From the IMG/VR virus record IMGVR_UViG_3300008261_000001, positions 1 to 64,000 of that record: a stretch of 64,000 nt of DNA; one strand, 5' to 3'. Position numbers and translations under genes: made by a program. Of the stretch, positions 63,140-64,000 are shown piece after piece (position 1 is the first letter of the stretch; the number at the start of each line of letters is the position of its first letter). The notes under the pieces were generated by a model, which was not told the origin of the DNA, made no database searches, and worked only from the letters and a program-made list of their open reading frames with translations.

Positions 63140-63163
63140 GGGGCTTGGTAAGGAGGTTAGAGC

Positions 63164-63535
63164 ATGAGAAATGTTACGGAGAGAGACTTAGAGACTGGGA
63201 AGCGTAGGTGGAAAAGTGAAGTTTGTTATTTATTGGATGAGGGTGCGTTTATTTTAGTGTTGGATGTGTTGCACGAGGGTTTATTGGAGTCAGGTTTTAA
63301 GAAGTTAAATGTGGGTGGTTTTGAGTATGAGTTAGTGACAGCGGATGGGGAGTATTGGATAAGGTTGAGTTTGAAAGAGAATTCTTTGTTGGAGGTGAGT
63401 TTGTATAACAAGTGGGACATATTGGGTCGGGTGGAGTTGGAGAGAAAAGATTGGATAAGTTTATGGGAGCGTATAAGGGATTTGTGGGAGTGGGTATTGA
63501 GGTTTGCGGCGAATAAGTATCCGAACAATAAATGA
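63164..63535 (+). CDS. Small protein, paralog family A
   Basis: TGKRRW, LLESGF, LWERIRDLW; shares YNKWD.L.R.EL with the previous gene. Confidence 0.75.
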   Translation: MRNVTERDLETGKRRWKSEVCYLLDEGAFILVLDVLHEGLLESGFKKLNVGGFEYELVTADGEYWIRLSLKENSLLEVSLYNKWDILGRVELERKDWISLWERIRDLWEWVLRFAANKYPNNK

Positions 63536-63542
63536 TCGGGGT

Positions 63543-64000
63543 TTAGGCTAGTTCAGCGAGGGATTTTTGGATAGAGGCGATAACGCCTTTGGTTTCGACC
63601 TTGTAGATAAGTTCGAGGGTCTCTGGGTCATTGGCGTAGAGTTCTACTGCCTTTTTAGCTCTCTTAGCCCAGTGGATATTCATATCCCATTCGACACCGC
63701 CTTCGAGGGTGACGATCTTGGATTGATCAGTACCTGTTGCTACAGCACCTGTGGCGGGGGTGGATTCGATAGCTTGTAGGGTTTGTAGGTCTTCGTTAGG
63801 GGTGGGGTTGTTCTCTTCTTCTAGGGGTGTGGCATCGTTTTGGTCTTCGATGACGGTCACTTTAAAGGAAGAGCGTGTGCCTTCTAGTTCTTCGAGTTTG
63901 GAGAGTTCGCGGTCTATAGCGGAGGCATCGGTGAGGATGGTCTTTTGCTTAGAGGCGGTCTTCAGTGCGGGTGTGATGGACTTAGAGGCTTGTGCTTCAG
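63543..64000 (-). CDS. Hypothetical protein, 5' end outside the window
   Basis: Frame stays open from 63860 to the window edge (EAQASKSITPALKTASKQK...). Confidence 0.75.
   Translation of the reverse strand, partial: EAQASKSITPALKTASKQKTILTDASAIDRELSKLEELEGTRSSFKVTVIEDQNDATPLEEENNPTPNEDLQTLQAIESTPATGAVATGTDQSKIVTLEGGVEWDMNIHWAKRAKKAVELYANDPETLELIYKVETKGVIASIQKSLAELA

Noticed and set aside
1-64000. Alternative genetic code, tRNA/rRNA genes, integrase or transposase
   Set aside because: Very long ORFs are open under the standard code with dense coverage; no cloverleaf, rRNA-like block or recombinase motif recognised by eye (tRNAscan-SE would be decisive)

Overview
A 64-kb internal fragment of a large tailed bacteriophage genome with a jumbo-myovirus-like gene set; the host cannot be determined from sequence. 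0.9-5.2 kb holds replication genes (T5orf172/GIY-YIG protein, DnaB-like helicase, degenerate DnaC-like loader, SNF2 helicase). 6.4-21.1 kb is a rightward tail module (tube, chaperones, tape measure, hub, spike) ending in a gamma-glutamylcyclotransferase. 24.4-37.3 kb is a leftward block of probable virion genes including a 2898-aa protein. 38-63.5 kb is an accessory region of small genes in several paralog families, plus Fe/Mn SOD, MazG, a flavodoxin-fold reductase, multi-HTH proteins and a MoxR-AAA+/vWA/zincin trio. The most striking signals are not genes: (1) the octamer TTATCCAA/TTGGATAA occurs about 65 times by manual scan, in both orientations and all reading frames; (2) 16 copies of a promoter-like cassette TTATCC-N17-TATTAG share that core; (3) two repeat-rich non-coding islands (about 37.4-37.9 kb and 61.7-62.35 kb) sit at sharp C-rich to G-rich strand switches strong enough to reshape neighbouring proteins; (4) a portable peptide R(T/S)AS(E/D)VxxxLExR(I/V)ARLE is shared by three unrelated proteins. 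No rRNA, tRNA, CRISPR array, integrase or transposase was recognised. All assignments come from reading motifs by eye; no searches were run.
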